Shown: piece after piece, positions 42,349 to 52,700 of the stretch
Layout of the letters: each line of letters begins with the position of its first letter
Numbering within the stretch: position 1 is the stretch's first letter
Source of the DNA: Pontiella sp.
Lineage (GTDB): Bacteria; Verrucomicrobiota; Kiritimatiellia; Kiritimatiellales; Pontiellaceae
NCBI GenBank assembly: GCA_050290185.1
Contig: JBNKHE010000001.1
Location: 226,713 to 290,712 of the forward strand
DNA: 64,000 nucleotides
Reading direction: 5' to 3'
Made by a program: the position numbers and the translations under genes
The notes under the pieces: generated by a model
The model's database searches: none
The model's input: the letters and a program-made list of their open reading frames with translations, nothing else
What the model was told of the DNA's origin: nothing

Positions 42349-45300
42349 CTACTGCCGCTGAACGTCCAGCTTGAAGTAGCGGTTAGTGGACGAGCCTTCC
42401 ACGGGAATATTAAATTCAAGAGCAGATCCGCTTCCTGCCTGTCCGACACCCACCGGCTGCCAATCCGGCGTTGTCAGGTCGTCGCTGGCCCAGAGCTGGT
42501 AGTCGTGTCCAGGTACCGAATTCGAAACGGTCAGGGTCAGGTTGGAGCCACTAACCAGCGCATGATCCGCAATGAAGTATTCATCCGATGAAATCACCGC
42601 CGAGGGCACAGCATTGGTCTCGTTGGAATTGCCGCTTTCCTCGCCGGCGTTCACGGCGCTGACCACATAGTAGAAGCAGGTCCCGGCACTTAGCCCAGAG
42701 GTATCGATATAGGTCACCGCAACCACGTTCGAGGCGACGGTCGCGTAGGGCCCGCCGCTGATGATCGAGCGTTTGACATTGTAGCTGGCCGCGTTCGCGG
42801 ACGCGGTCCACGACAAGTCAATCTGGCTATCCGAAACCGCAGTCGCACCCAGCCCGGTCGGCACCGACGGTGCCGGTTCAGCATACGGGTAGCCATGGAA
42901 CTCCAATTCGGCCACGTTGCTGAAGCCGTTGTCGGGCGAAAGGAAGCGGACATAGCGGAATGCCGACGTATTGGAAATATCCACCGCCGTGAACACACCG
43001 GAGACCGGTAGCGCCGACACCGTGTACAGCGTGACGGCATCGCTGAAGTCGGATTGGTTCGCGCCCTGAAAAACGCCGCCGACCATGCGCGATTCAAATC
43101 CGGAGCGCGGACAATATTTGACCTGCGCGATGACGTTGCTGGTGCCGGCACCGAAATCCAGCCCGACCCAAGCCCCATTGCCGACGGGGGCGTCGAAGAA
43201 CGTGCCAAGGTTTCCGTCGAACACCTTGTCGATCGTGTCGCCCGAATCGCCCCATGAACCCGACGTGCCGATGACCGAGCCCGCAAGCATGGGGAAGTCC
43301 AGCGTCGTCTCGGCGCTGTTCAGCGTTTCACTGCCGTCGACCACGGCGCTGACCACGTAGTAGTATCGCGTCTCCGAAGCACCGGCATCCAGGTAATCGG
43401 GCGATGTGGTGCTGCCGATCACGCTGTAGGGGCCGCCGCTGACGCTGGAACGCCGGACGACATAATTCGTGGCTCCCGGTACGGTGTTCCATCCGAGTTG
43501 CACATCGCCGGCCGCATCTTCGGCCACGAGATCCGTTGGCCGGGTACGCAGCATGCTGACACCCGCAACCGTTTGGACGACCGGACGGATGGTTCCATCG
43601 GGATTGAAATCCATGTATTCAACGCAGACGCTGCGGCGGAAGGAACTCCCGCCCACGCCGTCCAACGACAGCGTAGCGTTGTGATAGAAGAAATACCATT
43701 GGTTGCGAACCTCAATGATCCCGGGATGGATTGTGTAGCTGTTCTGCGCGGTACCCGTAATCAGGCCCTGATAGGTCCATGGGCCGGTGACGGCCGGGGC
43801 GGTGGCGTAGGCGGTCCGTTCCGAGCCTCCATTCACCGAGTCGATGGAGGGGTAGGCCATATAGTAGAGATCATTGCGCTTGAACAACCACGGCCCTTCG
43901 GTGTAGTCTGGCAGCGAGAAGCTTTGGATCGCGCCATCGAGTTCCGTCAGGTTGTCCTTGAGCTTCGCAAGATAGAAGGTTCCATGGCCCCACCCCAGCC
44001 AGTATGAACCATCGTCGTCCTTGAAAATAGTCGGATCGATGTCGTCCCACGCATCCCCCCCGGTGGTCATGCCGTCGGTCACCAGCGCCGAGCCGCGCGC
44101 ATCCACGAACGGCCCGGTCGGTGAACTGGACACGGCCACCCCGACGGCCTTGCCGCCCTGCGTGGCATCGTGCTGCACCGTGGCATACAGAAAGTACTGC
44201 CCGTTCCTCTCGATCACCTGCGATGCCCACGCCGTGGCGCTGCCGTCCGACCACGAGAAATCACCGGGATTCATGATGGGCCCGTGCGCCGTCCAGTCGA
44301 GCAGGTTGGTGCTAGAATAACAGAGCCACTCGGTCATTTCGTAAAAATTTGTACCCTCGTCATGTCCGGTATACACGTAGACCGTGTCTCCGACCACCAG
44401 CGGCGCGGGGTCCGCCGTAAAGGCATCGCGGAAGATCGGGTTCTTGCCGGCAACGGATGGAACGTCCCCGGATATGGAAACCTGATCGAAAACCGCCGTG
44501 CACAGCTGCGAACTGTTGTGGGCGGTCACGGCCAGACCGACATACACCGTGCTGCCCATACTGATCGTCTGTGGAGATCCCTGCGTCAGCCAGTTCGTTC
44601 CATCCACCGAGCGGTAGGCTGTAAAGCTGTCACCACTCCGCACCAGCTTGATCCAGTATGGTGCGCCGAGGCCCGTAGTTCCGCTGTTATCGAAACCAGT
44701 GTCCCCGTCCGAGACCGAACGCCACTGGAAGGAAAGTCCGTTCCCGGGCGTCACACCAACCAGCGCATTGGGTGCACCATCCGCAAGACTACTTCGGATC
44801 ATGATTCCGCCCTTCGCCCACGGATCAGTGTTGTCCTGGCTAACGATGTGTGCCACGAGCGAACAATCGCCGGTGACGGCCGTGTAGACATAGCGGAAAG
44901 CGTCCGAATTGCCCCATATATCCGCCCCCGATCCGGTAACAGTAAACGTTCCTCCGGTGATGGAAGCGCTGCCCAAAAGCCCCACCGAGCCGATATCCAC
45001 CGACTGCCAGGGATCGGGCTGGCTGGCCGGCCCAGGATCAACGGGGCCAACCTTGTCGAGCCCCAAGAAGGGAATGACGTATTCCGCCAGAAAGAGCGCA
45101 TCCGACGGGCCGTGGTCCCCTCCGATATCTGCCCAGGCATCGAGCAGCGAAGCGCCGTTTTCATCCTTCCAGACCCGGTGCGTCCATTGGTTGGTAATGC
45201 CCGCGATGGACTCCGTGGTCGTGTATGTGGGATCGGGGTCTAAACCAAGAACATTGCTCCACTGCATGATGGACTCGAGATGATTGGTGTAGTTGACAAG

Positions 45301-45948
45301 GTCATCCGCTGTGCCATGCCAAAGCTGGACGCGGGGGCGCGGTCCCGAATATTCTGGATAACAGGCCCGTGCGAGATCTCCCCATTCCTGCACGGTATGT
45401 TCAATCGGAGCCCAAGCTCCTCCGATTGGCACGCCCGCCAACGCGACGCCAGCCTTGAAAATATCGGGATAAACCCCGAGCATCGCTTGTGTCATCATGC
45501 CGCCGCAGGAGTCTCCGGTCACATAAACCCGGTCCGCATTCGCTTGATAGGTGCTGATCGCATACTGCACCATCTGGGCAATTGCATGGGTCTCGCCGCC
45601 GCCATCGTGCGTGAGGGACTGCGTCGAGCCATAGTCCCAACAGTCAGAACTTCGCTCCGGAACGACCATAATGAAGCCATACTGATCCGCTGCCGCCACA
45701 ATGCCGCCCCACTCCGCCTGGGCAAAAACGCTGCTGGCAGTTCCTCCCCAATAATGCAGGAGCACCAGAATCGGAGGGTTTTCAACCACGGAGTCCGGCA
45801 CGTAGACATACATGCTTACATTCGTCGGTACGCCGCTGGCTCCCCATTCGGGAACCAGTTCGAGCGAGGCCGCCTTGGCTGGCAACACCTCAAGGAGTCC
45901 GAAACACGCGGAGAGCAGGAAACAGCTAAGAACGCTTTTTTTGTACAT
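42349..45948 (-). CDS. Secreted multidomain CE1-type esterase + GH43 with DUF1349-like, Fn3, F5/8-like and C-terminal domains
   Basis: GDSCGGMMT nucleophile elbow; QLWHGTAD; TADPAP/IDP/EGPW; Fn3 YNVKRS..GGPY; start ATG 45948. Confidence 0.88.
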   Translation of the reverse strand: MYKKSVLSCFLLSACFGLLEVLPAKAASLELVPEWGASGVPTNVSMYVYVPDSVVENPPILVLLHYWGGTASSVFAQAEWGGIVAAADQYGFIMVVPERSSDCWDYGSTQSLTHDGGGETHAIAQMVQYAISTYQANADRVYVTGDSCGGMMTQAMLGVYPDIFKAGVALAGVPIGGAWAPIEHTVQEWGDLARACYPEYSGPRPRVQLWHGTADDLVNYTNHLESIMQWSNVLGLDPDPTYTTTESIAGITNQWTHRVWKDENGASLLDAWADIGGDHGPSDALFLAEYVIPFLGLDKVGPVDPGPASQPDPWQSVDIGSVGLLGSASITGGTFTVTGSGADIWGNSDAFRYVYTAVTGDCSLVAHIVSQDNTDPWAKGGIMIRSSLADGAPNALVGVTPGNGLSFQWRSVSDGDTGFDNSGTTGLGAPYWIKLVRSGDSFTAYRSVDGTNWLTQGSPQTISMGSTVYVGLAVTAHNSSQLCTAVFDQVSISGDVPSVAGKNPIFRDAFTADPAPLVVGDTVYVYTGHDEGTNFYEMTEWLCYSSTNLLDWTAHGPIMNPGDFSWSDGSATAWASQVIERNGQYFLYATVQHDATQGGKAVGVAVSSSPTGPFVDARGSALVTDGMTTGGDAWDDIDPTIFKDDDGSYWLGWGHGTFYLAKLKDNLTELDGAIQSFSLPDYTEGPWLFKRNDLYYMAYPSIDSVNGGSERTAYATAPAVTGPWTYQGLITGTAQNSYTIHPGIIEVRNQWYFFYHNATLSLDGVGGSSFRRSVCVEYMDFNPDGTIRPVVQTVAGVSMLRTRPTDLVAEDAAGDVQLGWNTVPGATNYVVRRSSVSGGPYSVIGSTTSPDYLDAGASETRYYYVVSAVVDGSETLNSAETTLDFPMLAGSVIGTSGSWGDSGDTIDKVFDGNLGTFFDAPVGNGAWVGLDFGAGTSNVIAQVKYCPRSGFESRMVGGVFQGANQSDFSDAVTLYTVSALPVSGVFTAVDISNTSAFRYVRFLSPDNGFSNVAELEFHGYPYAEPAPSVPTGLGATAVSDSQIDLSWTASANAASYNVKRSIISGGPYATVASNVVAVTYIDTSGLSAGTCFYYVVSAVNAGEESGNSNETNAVPSAVISSDEYFIADHALVSGSNLTLTVSNSVPGHDYQLWASDDLTTPDWQPVGVGQAGSGSALEFNIPVEGSSTNRYFKLDVQRQ

Positions 45949-45965
45949 ACGAAACCCTCTGGAGC

Positions 45966-48900
45966 TTATTTCACCAATCGGTAGAACACTTGCACTTCGG
46001 ATGTCGGAGGAAGCATGACCTGCCAGTTGGTGCCGACGAGCTGCGGTACCGGCGACACGACATCTTCCCAAATGCCGGACACAAGATTCGTGCAAGCCTG
46101 CACCGTGAAGCCTGCGCTTTCCTGCGGCCATGAAAAGGTCAGATTCGTTCCATCCATCGTCAATTCCATCTGCGGAAAGGAGACCATCCCCAGCGGATAG
46201 CCATAAAACTCCAGCTCCGCCACATTGCCGAAGCCGTTGTCGGGCGACAGAAAGCGGACATAACGGAAGGCCGATGTGTTGGCGATGTTCAACGATGTAA
46301 ATACGCCCGATGCGGGTTGCGCCGACACGGTGCCCAGTGTAACGGCGTCGCTGAAGTCCGGCTGGTTAGCCCCTTGGAATACGCCACCCACCATCCGAGA
46401 CTCAAATGTAGCGCGCGGACAATATTTGATCTGCGTGATGGAACAGGCCGATCCATCGCCAAAATCCAATCCAACCCAGGCCCCGTTTCCGATGGGCGCG
46501 TCGAAGAAAGTGTCCAGATCGGTATCGAAAACCTTGTCGATCGTGGCTCCCGATCCACCCCACGAACCCGGTGTACCAATAATGTCGCCCTCGAGCTTTG
46601 AAAAGCCCACCGTCGCTTCGGGACCATTGCCCGACTCGCTGCCGCCGACCATGGCGCTGACCACGTAGTAATACCCATCCCTTACGGATGCGACGGTATC
46701 GGTGTACGTAGTGGTAGCAATGCCGGAGGCGACCGTCGTGTAGGGGCCACCACTGGTGGTCGAGCGTTTGACATTATAGCTGGTAGCACTGTCGTGCGCA
46801 TTCCATTCGAGGCCGATCTGGGTATCGGACAGAGCGACTGCCGTTGCCTCCAACGACGTGAGAGGCCAGCCCGGCAGCTCTACGTTGTCGAACGTGGCCT
46901 TGCACAAGGACGAGTTGTTGTGGCTACAGACTGCCAGGCCGATATATACAGTGGACGACATCGTCAGTGTCGTGGAACCAAGCTGCGTCCAGGCAGTGCC
47001 GTTCGAGGAACGGTATCCTGTGAACGTGTCACCGCTGCGCACCAGCTTGACCCAGTACGGCGCGGCCAGTCCGCCCGCATTGGCGAAGTCACAACCGCCA
47101 CCGGCGACCGCACGGTATTGCCATGAAATGCCGTTGCCCGGCGTTACGGCGACCAAGGTGTTCACCGCATTGGCATCCAGGCTCTCGCGCACCATGACCC
47201 CGGCCTTAGCCCACGAATCGCTGTATTGCATCGAGGCCACTCGCGCAACGACGGAGAAATCCCCGCTGTTGGTCACGTAGACGAAACGGAAGGCGTCTTC
47301 CGAATTCCAGATATCGCCTCCGGATCCGTTCACGGTGAACGTGCCGTTAGTAACCCCCGCGCTACCCGTCAACCCCACGGAACCAACATCCTTCGCCAGC
47401 CAAGGGGAAGGTACGCTTGAAATCGGAGTCGTACCGACCCGCGTAGAGTCGTCGCTCTCGCCGGCGGTATTGCTCAACGCCGAAACGACATAGTAATAGG
47501 TTGTGCGACCGACCACCGCGTTATCGGTGTAATTCGTCCCTGCCACATTGGCGATGGTGGTGTAGGGACCACCAAAGGAGGCGGCTCGTTTCACGTTGTA
47601 GCTGGAAGCGTTGGCGGAAGCCGACCAACTCAATGCTACCTGCTCGATGCCCGGCGTAGCCGCCAGACCGGTCGGAGCACTCACTGGAACAGGCTCCCAT
47701 CCCGGAGCCGTCACGTGGTCAAATGTTGCCGAGCACAAGGTATAGTCGTTGTGGCTGGTGAGCGCCAAGCCAACATGCACGGTGGAGGCCATGGCGAGCG
47801 TCGTGCTGCCGGTCTGGGTCCAACTTGTTCCATCCGAAGAAACGTATCCGGTGAACGTATTGCCACTACGCACCAGCTTGACCCAGTACGGAGCCGACGG
47901 CCCGGCCGTAGAACTGGAGCTGGTCGAACCACCGGTACTCGAACGGAACTGCCATGCAGCGCCATTGCCCGGCGTGACGCCAATGAAAACGTTTTTAGCG
48001 TCCTCATCCAGACTCTCGCGTATCATCACGCCGGCCTTAGACCAGGAGCTGATATGGTTTTCCAGCGAAGCCACGCGGGCAACAATGGTGCAATCGCCCG
48101 TCGCGGTCACATGGACAAAACGGAAGGCATCGGACGACGCACCAATGTCCGCGCCGGAGCCGATGAGCGAGAACACACCGTTGGTGAAACCTGCACTGCC
48201 CGTCAAACCCACCGGGCCGACATCCTGCGCCAGCCAGGGCGAAAGCACATCAACCGATGGAACCACGCTGGCCGGAGCCGAATCGGCGCTCTCGCCACCA
48301 ATGTTCAGCGCAGACACCGTATAGTAATAGGTTGTTCCAGCGATCACTTCGGTATCGACATATTCCGTTCCCGGAACGTTAGCAACCGTAGTGTAAGGCC
48401 CGCCGCTGGTCGTGGCCCTGTTCACGTTGTAGCTGGTAGCATCCGCAGAAGCCGTCCACTCCAGCATCGCCCGTTCGGAACCGGGTGTTGCTGCCAGAGA
48501 GCCCGGCGCCAACGGAATTGAAACCGGCGAAACGGGCCCGGTGCATTGCCACCAGTTGACGTTGAACAGGTAGCCGCTGCCACCGGTAAACTTCAGATAT
48601 ACATCATGCACCCCGGTTGCACCACTGACCGTACAGGACCGGGTTGTCCACGTCTGCCAGCCACCGGTGCCCGTCACGGAGCACGTTCCAACCAGCGTCC
48701 CGGTCAGGCTGTCCAGACGGACCTCGATGTTTCCGCCACTGGTCCCCGACGCCACTCTGGCCTGGAAGTTGATCGCACCGGTGCCGAAATCAATGTTGCG
48801 GTAAACGGCGTAGTAGCCATTCTGGATCGAGCCGATGTCCTGGCCACCTTCGCTGCATGTTTCGCGCAAGGCTCCACCATATGGACCGTCGCGGTCCTCC

Positions 48901-49760
48901 GCTTCGATCTTCGAATAGGCGGATTGAATGCGCACGGGATCGGAAATACCCGCCGCATCGGCCATCTGGAGAAAGTTCCACATGGCCGGCGTCCAGGTGC
49001 TGCCGCCATCGTGATTGCCGCCCTTCACCGGCAGCCAGGCATGAGGAATATCGTTTGAAACGCAAAAGTTGTGCGTCGCCTCGCTGGTCCCGAACAGGCC
49101 GAGCCAGTCGGCATCCCCGCAAGAGATCAGCAGTAGCTTGAGCTTTTCCTTCGCTTCGGCGCCGCCATCGGGAAACAGGGTGGTGTCGCCGGGTTTGCTG
49201 GGGGCCGCCGAGGATGGGCTGATATAGCGATACGTGTCCAGATTGCCCAATCCTTCCCTGAAAGCCATGCCACCGCCCCATGAAAATCCGTAAATCCCCC
49301 GATGTTCCGCGCCGGGGCGAACCGAATAATTCGACTCCATGTAGGGAATAATCACATTGGAGATCTCGCGGTGGACCAATCCAAAATCATGTTCAATATC
49401 CGCATAATCCGGTGCCACAATAATGACTGGCCTGATCTTTCCCTGACCGATCAGGTTGTCCGCCACCGTATTCGCGGTAGCTCCCCAGGGGGCCATGATG
49501 CTGTATCCGTCGGAATCGATTCCATGAAAGGCGTATATCACGGAATATTCCTGCGCCGTTGTATACCCCGGCGGTGTGTAGACCTGCATGGTCCGGTTGG
49601 TCCCGGTCTCGGTCGAAAAATAGCTGATCGACTGGAGCTGTCCCGCCGGATATTGACCGCCTTGGTCGTATCCTGCCGGCGGCAGGACCGGAAAGGCCTG
49701 TCCCAACACCCACAGCGGAATGGCAAAAAGCCCCGCCATAATCAAAGTAGATTGTTTCAT
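45966..49760 (-). CDS. Secreted CE1 (feruloyl/acetyl) esterase + CBM6 + Fn3 + 2x DUF1349-like + F5/8-like + C-terminal domain
   Basis: VYTPPGY, GFSWGG, GGNH; CBM6 TGGWQTW. Confidence 0.88.
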   Translation of the reverse strand: MKQSTLIMAGLFAIPLWVLGQAFPVLPPAGYDQGGQYPAGQLQSISYFSTETGTNRTMQVYTPPGYTTAQEYSVIYAFHGIDSDGYSIMAPWGATANTVADNLIGQGKIRPVIIVAPDYADIEHDFGLVHREISNVIIPYMESNYSVRPGAEHRGIYGFSWGGGMAFREGLGNLDTYRYISPSSAAPSKPGDTTLFPDGGAEAKEKLKLLLISCGDADWLGLFGTSEATHNFCVSNDIPHAWLPVKGGNHDGGSTWTPAMWNFLQMADAAGISDPVRIQSAYSKIEAEDRDGPYGGALRETCSEGGQDIGSIQNGYYAVYRNIDFGTGAINFQARVASGTSGGNIEVRLDSLTGTLVGTCSVTGTGGWQTWTTRSCTVSGATGVHDVYLKFTGGSGYLFNVNWWQCTGPVSPVSIPLAPGSLAATPGSERAMLEWTASADATSYNVNRATTSGGPYTTVANVPGTEYVDTEVIAGTTYYYTVSALNIGGESADSAPASVVPSVDVLSPWLAQDVGPVGLTGSAGFTNGVFSLIGSGADIGASSDAFRFVHVTATGDCTIVARVASLENHISSWSKAGVMIRESLDEDAKNVFIGVTPGNGAAWQFRSSTGGSTSSSSTAGPSAPYWVKLVRSGNTFTGYVSSDGTSWTQTGSTTLAMASTVHVGLALTSHNDYTLCSATFDHVTAPGWEPVPVSAPTGLAATPGIEQVALSWSASANASSYNVKRAASFGGPYTTIANVAGTNYTDNAVVGRTTYYYVVSALSNTAGESDDSTRVGTTPISSVPSPWLAKDVGSVGLTGSAGVTNGTFTVNGSGGDIWNSEDAFRFVYVTNSGDFSVVARVASMQYSDSWAKAGVMVRESLDANAVNTLVAVTPGNGISWQYRAVAGGGCDFANAGGLAAPYWVKLVRSGDTFTGYRSSNGTAWTQLGSTTLTMSSTVYIGLAVCSHNNSSLCKATFDNVELPGWPLTSLEATAVALSDTQIGLEWNAHDSATSYNVKRSTTSGGPYTTVASGIATTTYTDTVASVRDGYYYVVSAMVGGSESGNGPEATVGFSKLEGDIIGTPGSWGGSGATIDKVFDTDLDTFFDAPIGNGAWVGLDFGDGSACSITQIKYCPRATFESRMVGGVFQGANQPDFSDAVTLGTVSAQPASGVFTSLNIANTSAFRYVRFLSPDNGFGNVAELEFYGYPLGMVSFPQMELTMDGTNLTFSWPQESAGFTVQACTNLVSGIWEDVVSPVPQLVGTNWQVMLPPTSEVQVFYRLVK

Positions 49761-49794
49761 TCTAGTTTCCTTTTTTTAGTTATTCCCTAAAACC

Positions 49795-52700
49795 CTACTG
49801 CCGTTGGACATCCAGCTTGAAGTAGCGATTGGTTGATATTCCATCAATCGGGATGCTGAACTCCAGATTCGATCCCGTGCCCGCCTGACCAACGCCTACA
49901 AGTTGCCAATCAGGAGCCAGCAGGCTGTCGGTTGCCAGGATCCAATAGTCATGGCCAGGTATTGAGTTTGAAACCGTCATGCTCATGTTGGCTCCGTCGA
50001 TGATTGCATGATCCGCAATGAAGTATTCGTTCGACGAAACCACCGCCGATGGAACGGCATTGGTCTCGTCGGAATTGCCGCTTTCGCCATCGGTGTTCAC
50101 GGCGCTGACCACATAGTAGTAACGGGTTCCGGCACTGAGTCCGGAGGCATCGCTGTAGCTGGTCGAAACCACATTCGAAACAACGGTTTCATACGGTGAG
50201 CCGCTGGTGGTCGAGCGTTTGACGTTGTAGCTGTCCGCACCGGCAGATGCCGCCCACGACAGGTCGATCCGCGTGTCGGAAACCGCAACCGCGCCAAGGT
50301 CGGCCGGAGCAGCCGGCGGCGGGACGAATCCCGAAATCTGGTCGAACGTCGCGGCACATAGTGCCGCGTTGTTGTGGGCGGTCACTGCAAGTCCGACATA
50401 GACCGTGCTTCCCATGCCGATCGTCTGCGACGTGCCCTGCTGCGTCCAGCTGGTTCCATTCGCCGAACGATAGGCCGTGAAGGCGTTTCCGCTGCGCACC
50501 AGCTTGACCCAGTAGGGAGCGACGAGCCCCGTTGTACCGGCATTGTTGTTGCCGCAGCCGGCACCGTCGCTCGAACGCCACTGGAATGAGATGCCGTTGC
50601 CGGGCGTCACGCCGATCAGCGCATTGGCGGCATTCGCGGACAGGCTCTTGCGAATCATGATGCCGCCCTTTGCCCACGGATCGGTGTCGTCCACACTGGC
50701 AACGCGCGCCACCAGCGCGCAGTCGCCTGTTATTTCCGTATAGACAAAGCGGAATGCGTCGTCCGTATCCCAGATGTCGGTACCCGATCCGGAAATCGTG
50801 AACGTCCCGCCGCTGACGACCGCGCTCCCCGCAAGGCCTACCGAACCGACATCCTGCGTCGACCACGGATACGGAAGCACGAGCACCTCGGCGCTGCTGG
50901 CGCTCTCCCGGGAATCGGCGACGGTGCTGACGACGTAGCAATAGGACTCGCCGTCCACCACGCCGGTATCGCTGTAGCCCGAGGCCACTACGTTCGACGC
51001 AATGGTGTCATACGGCCCGCCACGCGTGGTGGAACGCTTGATGTTGTAGCCTGTCGCGCCATCGACGGCATTCCAGTCAAGGTCGATCCGGCTACCCGAA
51101 ACCGCCACGACACTCAAGCCGTCGGGAACGGGCACCGGCTCAATGGTTGAATAGCCGCAGAACTCAAGCTCGGCCACGTTGCCAAAGCCGTTGTCGGGCG
51201 AAAGGTAGCGGATATAGCGGAAGGTCGCGGATCCGGCAATATCCACCGATGTGAATGCGCCCGAGGCTGGCTGCGTCGCAATGGTGTAGAGCGTGACTGC
51301 GTCGCTGAAGTCGAGCTGGTTCGCCCCTTGGAAAATGCCGCCCACCATGCGCGACTCAAAACCGGAGCGCGGGCAATAGTTGATCCGCGCGACGACATTG
51401 CTTGAGCCGGAACCGAAATCCAGCCCGACCCATGCCCCGTTCCCGTTGGGTGCGTCGAAGAACGTGTTGAAATCGTTGTCGAACACCTTGTCAATGGTGT
51501 TGCCAGATCCACCCCACGAACCCGCCGTTCCAATGATGGAACCTGAAAGTTCGGGATAGTCCAACGCTGCCTCGGCGCTGTCGAGGCCTTCCACACCGCC
51601 GGCCACGGCACTGACCACGTAGAAATATTCGATTCCCGATAGTCCGATGTCGGTGTAGTTGGTGGTGGCCACACCGGTCGCGATGGTCGTATACGGACCG
51701 CCGCTGGCGGTGGAGCGCTTGACATTATAGCTGGAGGCGCCGGTCACGGCGTTCCAGTTCAGGGTCGCCATGTTCGGACCGGCCACCATGGCGCTCACTC
51801 CCGAAGGGAACGCCGGAGTGGACGGAGAAACCACCGCCCATTTCTGCTCGGCGGCTCCCGAGTAGACCACATCTTCCAACAGCGGCGCATCGGCCACCGA
51901 AGGTTGGAAACATTTTCCGCCGCCGGCGGAAAACACCTGATAGAACCCGTCGCCCGTCGGCATAATAATGAAGCAACGGTCACCGCTGGTCCCCCACCAG
52001 GGTCCCAGATGCAGAGGACCGCCAAAAGTGGTCCAGCTATCGCCGGCGCCAACAGAAGTAATCTTGTACTGGCCGCCGCCGATGTTCTGCAGCGTCCATT
52101 GCTCATTTGCAACGCCCGTGTAATCTCCGACCACAACATTGTTGTCGACATCAACATCCATCGCCTGGACCGTCTTGGCATTCAGAAACTTGTAGGTGCC
52201 GTTGGCAATCGGTCCCGAGGACTGAACCGAAAGCTCGATCCAGTTCAGGTTGAACCCGCCCTCTAAAACGTTGATGCGCAGGATCTGTTGACCGGGGCGC
52301 AGGAACACGCTCTTGGCAACCGTCGTCCAGGACTGGTCACCCGCGGTAGCAGGCAAGGTCCAGTCTCCCGAGATATCCTCACCGTACGCAAGCACCTGCA
52401 CACTGCCGCCGCTTGCGCCCGCCACGCGCAGGCGCAGGTTGTACATCCCCGCTGCGCTCACCTTGGCCGTATACTCCAGCCATTCGCCGGCCTCTGTCGA
52501 AGTCACGTTGTACCCGCCGCCCGCGTCCGACGCCGCTTCGATATCCACGCCTTCCCCGGTTCGATACTGTCCCCCGCTGTTCGAGGTGTCCAGATCGTGA
52601 TAAGCCACACCCTCTCCGCCATTGTCAAAGTCTTCGGCCTGGATGCGCAGGGTGCCGCTCAAGGTGTTGTTTACATAGCCGGGCGTCGTCCATGGATATC